Position numbers and translations under genes: made by a program. The notes under the pieces were generated by a model that was not told the DNA's origin, did no database searches, and worked only from the letters and a program-made list of their open reading frames with translations. 55,702 bases of DNA from Desulfobacterales bacterium. GTDB lineage: Bacteria > Desulfobacterota > Desulfobacteria > Desulfobacterales > C00003060. Below, one piece after another: positions 1-9,332 of this stretch. The DNA lies in NCBI GenBank assembly GCA_030616425.1, contig JAUWXJ010000001.1, positions 1 through 55,702 of the forward strand, read 5' to 3'. How positions within the stretch are numbered: the stretch's first letter is position 1; each line of letters begins with the position of its first letter.

Positions 1-1011
1 CGGCGAATTCGCCAGGTGATGAACAGCTATATTGGAAAGGGCGGTCACCTCAGCGCCCAGCCAATGGGCGCGCTGAGGGATTACGTTGCCCGAAATCCGC
101 GCACGGAGCGTCCGGCCGTGGTAAACTTTCCTGTGCTGCCCGACAACCCCCATAGGGTCGATGTGCCAACCACGCTAAAATTAATCGATGAATACCGGCC
201 GGAGTTGATCATTTTCGGAAAGAGCATGGTCCTGCACAAGGAGCCGGTTGCTGAGATCCGCCAGTTCCTTGACGCCCAGGACATCAATGCTGTGTTGATG
301 TACGACATGGCCCACGTGCTGGGGCTCATCGGCCCGCACTTTCAGCAGCCTTTTGAGGAAGGAGCCGACCTGGTTACCGGATCGACACACAAGACTTTTT
401 TCGGCACACAACGCGGAGTCATTGGTAGTAACTTCCAGGAGCATGAAGAGCGTTATGAGCTTTGGGAGGCTCTGGTTCGGCGGGCCTTCCCCGGATCGGT
501 CTCCAACCATCACCTCGGCACATTACTCGGGCTGCTGATGGCCGCATACGAGATGAATCACTTCAAGGACGAATACCAACCAAAAGTCATCTCCAATGCC
601 AAGGCATTCGCCAGGGCGCTAAAGGAAAGTGGGTTGGATGTAGCCGGCGACCCGGCCATCGACTTCACGGAAACCCACCAGGTGGTGGTCGATGTGGGTT
701 ACAGCTACGGGCCGGAAATTGCCGGCCGGCTCGAAGCCAATAACATCATCTGCAATTATCAAGCAAACACGGACGAAGAGGGGTTTACTGCTTCCGGGGC
801 TCTGCGGATGGGTGTATCTGAGATGACCCGCTTCGGCATGGAAGAAGAAGGTTTCCGGACCATGGCCGCTCTGATCCATGATGTGGTTGTGAACGATATG
901 AATGTCACTGATCAGGTCAAAGCGCTCCGGGAGCGATTCTCAGATCTGCGGTTCTGCTTCCGTGGCGACGAATACGCCGACGTGCTGCAAAAGCTGCACG
1001 AACTGCTGTAA
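1..1011 (+). CDS. Serine hydroxymethyltransferase-family PLP enzyme (divergent), 5'-truncated by the window edge
   Basis: The reading frame is open from nt 1 (ORF 16..1011). It has an SHMT-like PLP-lysine motif, GSTHKTFFGTQRG (canonical TTHKTLRGPRGG), plus DMAHVLGL. TAA stop at 1009..1011. Confidence 0.7.
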   Translation, partial: RRIRQVMNSYIGKGGHLSAQPMGALRDYVARNPRTERPAVVNFPVLPDNPHRVDVPTTLKLIDEYRPELIIFGKSMVLHKEPVAEIRQFLDAQDINAVLMYDMAHVLGLIGPHFQQPFEEGADLVTGSTHKTFFGTQRGVIGSNFQEHEERYELWEALVRRAFPGSVSNHHLGTLLGLLMAAYEMNHFKDEYQPKVISNAKAFARALKESGLDVAGDPAIDFTETHQVVVDVGYSYGPEIAGRLEANNIICNYQANTDEEGFTASGALRMGVSEMTRFGMEEEGFRTMAALIHDVVVNDMNVTDQVKALRERFSDLRFCFRGDEYADVLQKLHELL

Positions 1012-1022
1012 ACAACCTATAT

Positions 1023-1925
1023 TCAAGACGTCCCAGAATAGGAAATCGTGGGTTTCATGGAGAGGTGAAATTCTTCCTCTATTGCTTGAACGTCTTCCAT
1101 CCTTTTTGGATCAAGAAATGTCTTATAAATGAGGTCGTTTCTGTCTAGTGGCCTGCCGAGCAATTTCTGCTCAAGCATGGGCAGAGCTTGAATCGATTTG
1201 TCACAGACCGGGTAGTTCCTGTCATCGAGATTGATAATCGCATCAAAGGAGAGATTGGAAATATTGTTGATGTCTACAAGCTTGATATCTCCGGACCGGG
1301 TGAGAAGAAGATTCCCCACACCTGCAAGATCCGGGACATGATTTGCCTCCACGATCATCTTCTTGACCCTTCCTATGAAGCTCTCAACCTTTTCCTTAAC
1401 ACTGTGGATCCATTGATCGCTTGTCGTAACTAAGTCCTCACCTTTGTCACATCCCATGTTACGCAAAAGTGAGATCAAATGGTCTTTGTCCAAATGGCTC
1501 CATGGGTCCAGTACTTCTCCTTTGACATACTCCTGAAGGCCGCAAAGGAGGATTTCGTGTTTTTCATTTCTTGTATAATCTGTCAGAAATTCTTCGGACC
1601 TCGCGACATAATCTGGAGCCAAGTAGGTTCCAACAATCCTTACTCTTTTTAACTCTTCCTCACCATCTTCTATGGTCTTGAACCTCGTTCTATATATCCT
1701 CAACATCTTTAAAGGCTCAGCCCTCGGATAACTCCTCAATCCATCGATCATGATCCCCTTTGTTTCATCTTCCACATCCTCGGGGTCTAATACCTCCATG
1801 ATATGGGAGCGCAACCCTTGACAATAATGCCTCCTGTAAAAATAAATTCCTGGGGCTCTGATAAAGTTGAGTTCCAATATATCTTCGTGATTCAGGGATG
1901 GTTTTTCTCTTATGTCTTCCGGCAT
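1023..1925 (-). CDS. Hypothetical protein, possible atypical kinase-like fold
   Basis: A 300-aa ORF convergent with the SHMT-like gene. I recognise no family. Weak kinase-like motifs: LQEYVKG, PDLAGVGNLLL, IKLVDINN. Confidence 0.5.
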   Translation of the reverse strand: MPEDIREKPSLNHEDILELNFIRAPGIYFYRRHYCQGLRSHIMEVLDPEDVEDETKGIMIDGLRSYPRAEPLKMLRIYRTRFKTIEDGEEELKRVRIVGTYLAPDYVARSEEFLTDYTRNEKHEILLCGLQEYVKGEVLDPWSHLDKDHLISLLRNMGCDKGEDLVTTSDQWIHSVKEKVESFIGRVKKMIVEANHVPDLAGVGNLLLTRSGDIKLVDINNISNLSFDAIINLDDRNYPVCDKSIQALPMLEQKLLGRPLDRNDLIYKTFLDPKRMEDVQAIEEEFHLSMKPTISYSGTS

Positions 1926-2014
1926 GTGAGAAATTAGATACCCTTTTTGGTGACGTGAGCCTTAGCAAAGGTGGAGCTTCGGGAAACCACAGGGTCCCAT
2001 ACCCCCCCTGCCCC

Positions 2015-2797
2015 TCAGACAGCCCGGGCCAGGGTCAGGACATCCACAAATTCCGCACCGGCCTTCATCAAGACCCGAGCACACTCATTAACTGTGGCGC
2101 CGGTTGTGTAGACATCATCCACTAAAACGATCTTTCGGCCTTTTATCCTCTCTGGATGCCGAACGGAAAAGGCGCCTTTGATGTTTTTCCGGCGCTCTCT
2201 CCGGCTGAGTTCAGTCTGGGGTGCTGTCCAGCGACTGCGGGATAGCGTGAAACCGTCAAAGGGAATTCCTTCCTGTTTTGCCCATCTCCTGATCAAAAGG
2301 TGGGCTTGATTGAATCCCCGTTTCCGGAGGCGCTTCACGTGCAGCGGCACTGGAACAAGGAGATCTATAGCATCCCCATCCCAGAATTGAAAAAAAGTCT
2401 CCCTGGCAAGGGCGCCCAAAGGCCGGGACATGGAGATCTTCCTTCCGTATTTAAGAAGATGAATCGCCTCCATAAGGCTATCGTCATAGACTCCGAAGGC
2501 CCTTGCCATTCTGAAATATCTTCTTTCAGTGATGCACTCGGAACAGGTGTGATTGTCTCCTTCCCGGGAAACAAAAGGGAGACCACATCTTGAGCAAAAA
2601 GGGGAAGCAATCGGGGTAAAGCCCTTTCGGCAAGGCTCGCAAAAGTGCGGAGCAGTAGGATCTGAAACAGGATCAGATGCAAGCTCGCAAGCTGATGGCT
2701 GCAATGGATAATAAGTATTGCAAATAAGGCACTTGGGCGGAAAAACCGCCCTTAAGCATGCCTGCCACAATCCTTGTAGAAAAGGCAGAACGTTCAT
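2015..2797 (-). CDS. comF: ComF-family phosphoribosyltransferase-domain protein
   Basis: N-terminal Cys-rich zinc-finger-like region (CLIC...CEPC...CSRC...CSEC) and C-terminal PRTase motif VLVDDVYTTGATV. The ATG lies 2 nt after the icd stop. Confidence 0.85.
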   Translation of the reverse strand: MNVLPFLQGLWQACLRAVFPPKCLICNTYYPLQPSACELASDPVSDPTAPHFCEPCRKGFTPIASPFCSRCGLPFVSREGDNHTCSECITERRYFRMARAFGVYDDSLMEAIHLLKYGRKISMSRPLGALARETFFQFWDGDAIDLLVPVPLHVKRLRKRGFNQAHLLIRRWAKQEGIPFDGFTLSRSRWTAPQTELSRRERRKNIKGAFSVRHPERIKGRKIVLVDDVYTTGATVNECARVLMKAGAEFVDVLTLARAV

Positions 2798-2799
2798 GT

Positions 2800-4059
2800 T
2801 TAACGCAGCCGTTCTATTACGACTTGTGCAAATTCAGAGCACCTTAGTTCACGGCTGCCTGGCATCTGGCGCGCCAAATCGTGAGTTACAAGGCCATCGG
2901 AAATACTTTTCTGCACGGCCTGCTGAATGGCCGAGGCCGCCTCTTCCCATCCCAAAAACTCCAGCATCATGACCCCGGATAGTATCAGTGAGATTGGGTT
3001 GGCCATATCCTGACCAGCGTACTTGGGGGCTGTGCCATGAGTCGCCTCAAAGACTGCACAATTGTCTCCAAGATTGGCCCCAGGGGCCATACCGAGGCCC
3101 CCTACTTGAGCGACCAGGGCGTCAGAGAGATAGTCTCCGTTCAGATTAGGGGCGGCAATCACATGGTAGTCTTCCGGCCTAAGGAGTACTTGCTGAAACA
3201 TCATGTCTGCAATCTTATCTTTGATCACCACCTTACCCGAAGGCACTTTGCCCTCATGCTCCAGCCCACCCTCTGACTCAACGATGATGTGATCCCCGAA
3301 TATCTCACGCGCCACTTCATAGCCCCATTTCATGAAGGCCCCTGCAGTCTACTTCATGATATTTCCCTTGTGCACCAAGGTCACACTCGGAAGGTTGTGA
3401 TCCAAAGCATATTGTATAGCTCTTGCCACCAGCCGCCTTGAAGCTGTTCGGCTCATGGGCTTCATACCAATGGCCGAATCCTTGGCCACATCAACTCCCA
3501 TCTTATCCTTCAGAAAGCCAATAACAGCCTCTGCCTCTTTGCTTTGGGCTTCCCATTCGATCCCGGCATAGACATCTTCTGTGTTTTCCCGAAACACCAC
3601 CATATCGACCCTTTCAGGGTGCCTCATTGGGCTGGGAACACCCTTGATGTATCTAATGGGCCTAACACAGGCATACAGATCGAGTATCTGTCGCAATGCC
3701 ACATTGATACTGCGAATCCCTTCCCCCACCGGCGTAGTCAATGGCCCCTTGATGGCTACAACATAATCCTTAATCGCCTGCAAAGTCGCCTCAGGAAGCC
3801 ATTCACCTGTTTCTTGATATGCCTTCTCCCCTGCCAATACCTCCGACCATATGATCCTGCGGTCGTCTCCGTACGCAAAAGCGATGCCCGCATCCAGGAC
3901 ACCCTTAGCAGCGGCCCAAATATCAGGGCCGATCCCGTCTCCTTCAATAAACGGAACAATGGGCTCGTCCGGAACCAGAAGCTCACCTTGCTCCGTCACG
4001 GTAATCCGACGGGTGTTGCCTTGATCTTTTTCCTCAGTTTCCAATGTCGTTTTCCTCAT
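2800..4059 (-). pseudogene. icd: NADP-dependent isocitrate dehydrogenase interrupted by one in-frame TAG (3349..3351)
   Basis: ORFs 3349..4059 and 2800..3333 are in the same frame. Read together (...[27 protein letters not shown]...) they are colinear with E. coli Icd ([26 protein letters not shown]). The C-terminal half keeps [10 protein letters not shown] and [12 protein letters not shown]. Confidence 0.9.
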
Positions 4060-4070
4060 GAACCCACTTA

Positions 4071-4206
4071 GAAGCTCAAAGCTGAAAGGTCAAAGCCCGC
4101 CCTGGCGCGTCGTTCCCTATGAGCTGCACGGCCAATAAACCCGGCCTGGGCCAGGGCTCAAAGCAAGAAAAAAATTCCGGCTTTCAGCTTTCAGCCTTGA
4201 GCTTTC
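4071..4206. repeat. Nested imperfect palindrome with xxAAAG sub-repeat arms and a conserved core shared with 48379..48444
   Basis: Left arm gaagctcaaagctgaaaggtcaaagcc (4071..4097) pairs with right arm ggctttcagctttcagccttgagctttc (4179..4206). Core motifs aaagcccgccctggcgc (4092..4108) and ctgggccaggg (4146..4156) recur in reverse orientation at 48428..48444 and 48379..48389. Confidence 0.7.
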
Positions 4207-4224
4207 AGCTAACAACAAACGGGC

Positions 4225-6099
4225 TTAACGGGCTGACCATTTCTTAAGATAGATCTGAATAATCGATACTGCTGCCGGAGTTATGCCAGATATCCTGGAA
4301 GCCTGTCCGAGAGAAATCGGCTGAATCCTTGAAAGCTTCTCCTTTACTTCATTCGAGAGTCCAGGAACAGCTTGATAGTCAAAGCTGTCAGGGATTTTTG
4401 TCCCTTCCAGGTTTTTCACGCGTTCAACCTGCTGCATCTGGCGTCGAATATATCCATCGTATTTAACAAGGATGGTGGCTTGTTCAGCTATCTCCTTGTC
4501 AAAAGAAAGAACGCGGCTATCAAGCTTTGCAATATCTTTCAGCTCGACCCCGGGCCTTTTTAGCAGATCCTGCAAGGTGACTGGTTGATTGATAAAGCCA
4601 AGCCCAAGACCTTCGAGGGTAGAATTCACTTCTGGCCTTGGGTTGAGGCGAACATCCGAAAGAAGGGCCAAAAGTCTCTGTACGGCATCACGCTTTTTCT
4701 CAAATTTCTCATAGAGCTCCTCAGACACCAGGCCGATCTGATATCCGAGCTCGCGAAGACGCAAATCTGCGTTGTCCTCCCGCAGGAGAAGGCGATACTC
4801 GGCCCTTGAGGTAAACATCCTATACGGCTCCCGGGTACCTTTGGTTACCAGGTCATCGATCATAACGCCGATATAGGCCTGGTCCCGGACAAGAATAATC
4901 GGGGGGTTTCCTCTCAGATGGTACACAGCATTGATCCCTGCCATGATCCCCTGGCCTGCTGCTTCCTCATAACCAGAGGTGCCGTTTATCTGGCCCGCCA
5001 AAAATAACCCTCGAATCGCTTTACACTCTAAGCTTGGTTTAATCTGCACCGGGTCCACATAGTCATACTCAATGGCATAGCCTGGCCGAACAATCTCCAC
5101 CTGTTCAAGCCCCTCAATAGACCGAAGCATCTTGAGCTGCACATCCACCGGAAGGCTCGTTGAAACACCGTTTGGATAAATCTCTGTGGTTCCGAGCCCA
5201 ATGGGCTCAAGAAAGATCTGGTGTCGGGGTTTATCTGGAAAGCGGACCACTTTATCTTCAATCGATGGACAATAGCGTGCCCCGACCCCTTTTATAACCC
5301 CGGTAAAAAGAGGAGATCGATCAAGACCTGTTTTAATAATATCATGGGTCTTTTCGTTCGTGTAAGTAATGTGACATGGAACCTGCTTTTGACTGATGGA
5401 CTTTGTCTCAAAGGAAAATGGAAGTGGTGGTTCATCTCCGTACTGCGGCGTCAGCCTGGGAAAATCGATCGTACGTCCATCCAACCGAGGCGTGGTGCCG
5501 GTCTTGAGGCGACCTATCCTTAAACCCAAAGATTTCAGGCTGTCTGATAGCTTGTTCGAGGGTGGATCTCCCATGCGCCCTGCAGGAAAATTTTTTAACC
5601 CTATATGGATCAGCCCTCTCAGAAAGGTGCCTGTGGTGAGGATAACTGTTTTCCCAAAAAACCTCTCCTGGATACTTGTTATGATGCCTCTGACCGCACC
5701 ATTCTCCACAATCAGGGCATCTACCAGCCGCTGTTTTATGTCCAGATTCTCCTGGCGCTCCAACACACCCTTCATGCGAAGGCGATATTGTTCTTTGTCG
5801 GCCTGGGCCCTGGATGACTGCACAGCAGGGCCCTTCTTGGTGTTCAGACGGCGGAACTGGATACCAGTAGCATCAATGTTTTTGGCCATCTCCCCGCCAA
5901 GGGCGTCGATCTCACGCACAATATGACCTTTGGCCAAGCCTCCTACGGCCGGATTGCATGACATCTCTCCAATGTGGTCTACGTTAACAGTAACCACCAG
6001 CGTGCTATGCCCCAAGCGGGCTGCAGCCAAAGAAGCCTCGCACCCGGCATGGCCGGCTCCCACCACTATAACGTCGTATGTCTTGGAATATGGTTCCAT
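4225..6099 (-). CDS. mnmG: tRNA uridine 5-carboxymethylaminomethyl modification enzyme MnmG (GidA)
   Basis: 624 aa. N-terminal FAD motif DVIVVGAGHAGCEA and GidA signatures throughout (GLFLAGQINGTSGYEEAAGQG). Confidence 0.95.
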   Translation of the reverse strand: MEPYSKTYDVIVVGAGHAGCEASLAAARLGHSTLVVTVNVDHIGEMSCNPAVGGLAKGHIVREIDALGGEMAKNIDATGIQFRRLNTKKGPAVQSSRAQADKEQYRLRMKGVLERQENLDIKQRLVDALIVENGAVRGIITSIQERFFGKTVILTTGTFLRGLIHIGLKNFPAGRMGDPPSNKLSDSLKSLGLRIGRLKTGTTPRLDGRTIDFPRLTPQYGDEPPLPFSFETKSISQKQVPCHITYTNEKTHDIIKTGLDRSPLFTGVIKGVGARYCPSIEDKVVRFPDKPRHQIFLEPIGLGTTEIYPNGVSTSLPVDVQLKMLRSIEGLEQVEIVRPGYAIEYDYVDPVQIKPSLECKAIRGLFLAGQINGTSGYEEAAGQGIMAGINAVYHLRGNPPIILVRDQAYIGVMIDDLVTKGTREPYRMFTSRAEYRLLLREDNADLRLRELGYQIGLVSEELYEKFEKKRDAVQRLLALLSDVRLNPRPEVNSTLEGLGLGFINQPVTLQDLLKRPGVELKDIAKLDSRVLSFDKEIAEQATILVKYDGYIRRQMQQVERVKNLEGTKIPDSFDYQAVPGLSNEVKEKLSRIQPISLGQASRISGITPAAVSIIQIYLKKWSAR

Positions 6100-6108
6100 G
6101 TGAAGCCT

Positions 6109-6128
6109 CCCCGCCCTGAAGGGCGGGG
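6109..6128 (-). other. GC-rich hairpin immediately upstream of the mnmG Shine-Dalgarno sequence and start
   Basis: ccccgccc-tgaa-gggcgggg: an 8-bp stem with a 4-nt loop. On the minus strand it is followed by aggcttcacATG, so its 3' arm abuts or overlaps the GGAGG. There is no U-tract. Confidence 0.5.
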
Positions 6129-6156
6129 CTTGCGGGGAGCGAGCCGGTCAAGAATA

Positions 6157-6894
6157 CTACTTCCTTCTCTGTCTCATAACCTCGTACAAGACGACGGCTC
6201 CAGCTACAGCAGCATTAAGCGAGTCAACTAAGTTCCTCTGCGGAACAGATACAAGATAGTCACAAGTCTTTCGAACCAAAGGACGTATCCCCTTGCCTTC
6301 ACCCCCGATGACAAGGACCAAACCAACATTGAAATCAGCCTCATCTGCCCGTTGCTCTGAACCGGCATCGGCCCCCACTACCCAAAGGCCTGCCTTCTTG
6401 AGTTTTTTCAAGGCTGCCACAAGGTTAGTAACCCGAGCTATCAATGTATGCTCCATGGCTCCAGAAGAAGCCTTTGAAACCGAGGGGACCAAAGGAGCAG
6501 AACGGTTTTTAGCAAGCACGATACCGTGGGCGCCCATGGCGAGTCCGGTCCTGATAAGGGATCCCAGGTTTTGTGGGTCTTCAATCCCATCCAGGGCCAT
6601 AACTATCGGAAGCTCACCATCGGTTTCGGCCTTTCTGAGGATAGCGTCTATATCTACCAGCGGATAATCACTGACACGGGCTGCAACGCCTTGGTGTACC
6701 GAGGCGCCCAGGCGCGATCTAAAATAATCCGGCGCTTTATGCTGTATGGGGATCCCCTCGGCCTGAGCACGTTCCAAAAGGTCCTGAATACCTTTGGCGC
6801 GTCGACTCTTTGACACATACAGCCCTTTGAACTCCCGCCGTCCTGCCACCAAGGCCTCATAAACCGGATGGATCCCATAAAGAAGATCATTCAT
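6157..6894 (-). CDS. rlmB: 23S rRNA (guanosine-2'-O)-methyltransferase, SpoU/TrmH family (RlmB-like)
   Basis: 245 aa. N-terminal L30e-like substrate-binding region and a SpoU methylase domain (LDGIEDPQNLGSLIRT, LVIGGEGKGIRP, SLNAAVAG). Confidence 0.85.
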   Translation of the reverse strand: MNDLLYGIHPVYEALVAGRREFKGLYVSKSRRAKGIQDLLERAQAEGIPIQHKAPDYFRSRLGASVHQGVAARVSDYPLVDIDAILRKAETDGELPIVMALDGIEDPQNLGSLIRTGLAMGAHGIVLAKNRSAPLVPSVSKASSGAMEHTLIARVTNLVAALKKLKKAGLWVVGADAGSEQRADEADFNVGLVLVIGGEGKGIRPLVRKTCDYLVSVPQRNLVDSLNAAVAGAVVLYEVMRQRRK

Positions 6895-7456
6895 GCAAGC
6901 GTGCTTTTCCGATTATGGCTTTCAGTTCCGAAACCGCCTTTAGCAGATCATCATTGACAATCACATGATGATACCGCTCGGCCTCTGCCATTTCTGCTTT
7001 GGCGCTGTTCAGCCGCTGCTCAATCGCCTCAGCTGAGTCCATGCCCCGTTCCGCAAGTCGCCGCTTCAGTTCCTCCATGGATGGTGGTGCTATGAAGACC
7101 AAAATAGCTTCAGGATATTTGGGGTAGAGTCTTTTGGCCCCCTCAACGTCAATGTCAAACAGGATGTCGTAGCCCCTGTTAAGGCTGTCTACTAGAAATT
7201 TGGCCGGCGTGCCATACAGGTGGCCATGTACTTCAGCCCATTCGGCCAACTCACCAGAGTCTATCTTCTTACGAAAGGCAGCATCACTGATAAAATAGTA
7301 GTCTACGCCATCCCGCTCATTCCCGCGAAGGGGACGCGTAGTATACGAAATCGAATACTGAAGCGATAGATCTTCTCTCAAGATCGCTTTCAGAATAGTT
7401 GATTTCCCCGCCCCAGAAGGTGCAGATATGATGAACAGATGTCCTTTTTTTGCCAT
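6887..7456 (-). CDS. gmk: Guanylate kinase
   Basis: 189 aa. P-loop SAPSGAGKST, TTRPLRGNERDGVDYYF. Overlaps the rlmB start by 8 nt. Confidence 0.95.
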   Translation of the reverse strand: MAKKGHLFIISAPSGAGKSTILKAILREDLSLQYSISYTTRPLRGNERDGVDYYFISDAAFRKKIDSGELAEWAEVHGHLYGTPAKFLVDSLNRGYDILFDIDVEGAKRLYPKYPEAILVFIAPPSMEELKRRLAERGMDSAEAIEQRLNSAKAEMAEAERYHHVIVNDDLLKAVSELKAIIGKARLHE

Positions 7457-7467
7457 AACGCACGGTC

Positions 7468-7752
7468 TTATAAGCTGCCCGGAGCCTTTTTCTTATCCTC
7501 CTTGAATTCAATCCCCGTCACAAACCGCTGCGATATGGTCTCGGCTTGAATAGCCGAGAGTATGACGTGGTTGCTGTCGGTAATAATAATAGAACGCGTA
7601 CGACGCCCCTGGGTAGCGTCAATTAACCGCTTCCCCTCCTTTGCATCCTCCTTGAGCCGTTTCATGGGAGCCGAACTTGGCGTCACAATGGTCACTATAC
7701 GACTGGCAACGACTGTGTTTCCAAATCCGACGTTCAGCAAGGTCGTATCCAT
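7468..7752 (-). CDS. remA: RemA/DUF370 family regulator
   Basis: [64 protein letters not shown] is typical of RemA. I prefer the internal ATG (MDTTLLNVG) to the ORF-track start at 7782. Confidence 0.85.
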   Translation of the reverse strand: MDTTLLNVGFGNTVVASRIVTIVTPSSAPMKRLKEDAKEGKRLIDATQGRRTRSIIITDSNHVILSAIQAETISQRFVTGIEFKEDKKKAPGSL

Positions 7753-7890
7753 TATCTCCTCCAGAGGTTTGTCTCTCGTCATTCGTTATTCGCGGCTCGT
7801 TACGTTTTACGTCCCACGGTTACCGAAACGAGCTGCGCAACCGAGAAACGATATACGATTCACCATTTCTCAGTCACTTGCAATCCTTTA

Positions 7891-8772
7891 CTACTCTATA
7901 TTCTGAACCTGCTCTCTGAGTTTCTCCAGTTCGCTCTTGATTCCCACAACAATCTGGGATAACTTCACATCCCCTCCCTTTGAACCGATCGTGTTAACCT
8001 CCCTGTTGAGCTCTTGGAGCAGGAAATCAAGAGTCCTTCCGGCTGGTGCCTCCGATTCGATCATGTCTAGAAACTGTTTCAAATGACTCTCGGCACGAAC
8101 TATCTCCTCTGTAATATCACTCTTGTCTGCTATAAAAGCCGCTTCTTGAGCCAATCGATTTGGATCTATCTCCACCGTGCCCTGTGTAAGTGCAGCTATG
8201 CGTTCCTCCAAGCGACTATGATAATGTGACAATACGGACGGAGCCAATTCTTTTATGCGGGAGAGGCCCTCCTGAACAGACCGCAAACGTTCCATAAAGT
8301 CCTGGTAGATGGCCTTGCCCTCTGATACACGCATGGCATTTACTTCCTCTAAGGCCGAACCTATACACGATGAAAGAACCGACCAGGTTTTTTCAAGATC
8401 TTCTTCAGGTTCTGTAGTCGTAATGACCCCGCGCATGCCCAAGAGTGTTCCAAGCCCGACCTTTTCGTCAATTTTTAGGGTTTCGCTCAGCTCGGATAAG
8501 GCCCTGTAGTATTCTTTGGCCAGGGGTAGATTAACATCGATGTCAGGAACCGCTTGCGAACCATTCTTAACTTTAATCATCACCTCCACCCTGCCACGCG
8601 AAATCTTGGTCGCGACCAGCTTTTTGATCTGATCCTCGAGAGGAAGAAACCGCTGAGGCATACGTACAATGACCTCTCCGTAGCGACTATTGACCGAACG
8701 TATCTCTATGGTAAATGTGCGACCCTCAACTCTCTTTTCCGCCCTGCCAAAGGCGGTCATACTCTTGATCAT
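7891..8772 (-). CDS. yicC: YicC-family stress-induced protein/endoribonuclease
   Basis: 293 aa. MIKSMTAFGR N-terminus and C-terminal DUF1732 motif (LDFLLQELNREVNTIGSK). Confidence 0.9.
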   Translation of the reverse strand: MIKSMTAFGRAEKRVEGRTFTIEIRSVNSRYGEVIVRMPQRFLPLEDQIKKLVATKISRGRVEVMIKVKNGSQAVPDIDVNLPLAKEYYRALSELSETLKIDEKVGLGTLLGMRGVITTTEPEEDLEKTWSVLSSCIGSALEEVNAMRVSEGKAIYQDFMERLRSVQEGLSRIKELAPSVLSHYHSRLEERIAALTQGTVEIDPNRLAQEAAFIADKSDITEEIVRAESHLKQFLDMIESEAPAGRTLDFLLQELNREVNTIGSKGGDVKLSQIVVGIKSELEKLREQVQNIE

Positions 8773-8810
8773 GGTATCACCGAATCTTTCTGTCCTTTCC
8801 TGCTATAAGG

Positions 8811-9329
8811 TCACAATTTATACAAATATCTCTCTCTGACACATCTCAGAAACCGTATGATTGGCTCCCCTGCATAGTCGGGATACGTCCAGTCCAACGC
8901 ACGAAAACGACCCTTGTAGAAAATCAGGGTCAGGTCTGCATAAATTCCTGTCCTCAGATAAATGCGATGGGTATAATTCTTCCCGGTTGCAAGCACAAAC
9001 CGTTCTGGCAGTAAGTATCCGGGATCGATGTTGACAAGTCGCTTCCCCTGGGCCGAATACTCACCTTCCAAATCGTTCGTAAAAAGCTTTATGTCAGCCA
9101 GGGCGTCCTGCTGAATCAATTCACGGAAGGTCATAAATCGCCTGAAAAGGGGCGAGCCCATCTCAGGGGTATAGTAATCTGTATACTCAAAGGGAAGCCA
9201 CGGGCTGACAATATCTATTGGGCCGAAGGCTTCAGACAGCTTACGAGCCACATCGACCAGAACCTCTTTATCCCTGGTGAAACAATTAATAACCAGCTTG
9301 GCAGGCTCAGGGCTTCGAGGCTTACTCAT
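8811..9329 (-). CDS. DUF4416 family protein
   Basis: 172 aa. The pattern PAKLV..., YYTPEMG, VNIDPGYL, THRIYL, WTYPDY matches my recollection of DUF4416. Function unknown. Confidence 0.6.
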   Translation of the reverse strand: MSKPRSPEPAKLVINCFTRDKEVLVDVARKLSEAFGPIDIVSPWLPFEYTDYYTPEMGSPLFRRFMTFRELIQQDALADIKLFTNDLEGEYSAQGKRLVNIDPGYLLPERFVLATGKNYTHRIYLRTGIYADLTLIFYKGRFRALDWTYPDYAGEPIIRFLRCVRERYLYKL

Positions 9330-9332
9330 CGC

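Noticed and set aside
3349-3351. Pyrrolysine, selenocysteine or a reassigned genetic code as the explanation for the in-frame stops.
   Set aside because: The TAG replaces a conserved Phe/Tyr, which is not a Pyl context, and two of the three stops are TAA. There are no pyl genes or SECIS-like elements here. TAA, TAG and TGA all terminate neighbouring genes normally.
3544-4071. Many long ORFs antisense or out of frame to confidently assigned genes (for example 3544..4071, 5396..5926, 19051..19479, 21617..22060, 25418..25885, 47738..48160, 50269..50802).
   Set aside because: Each lies entirely within a gene with strong family motifs on the opposite strand or in another frame. None has recognisable motifs of its own. 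They are typical shadow ORFs.
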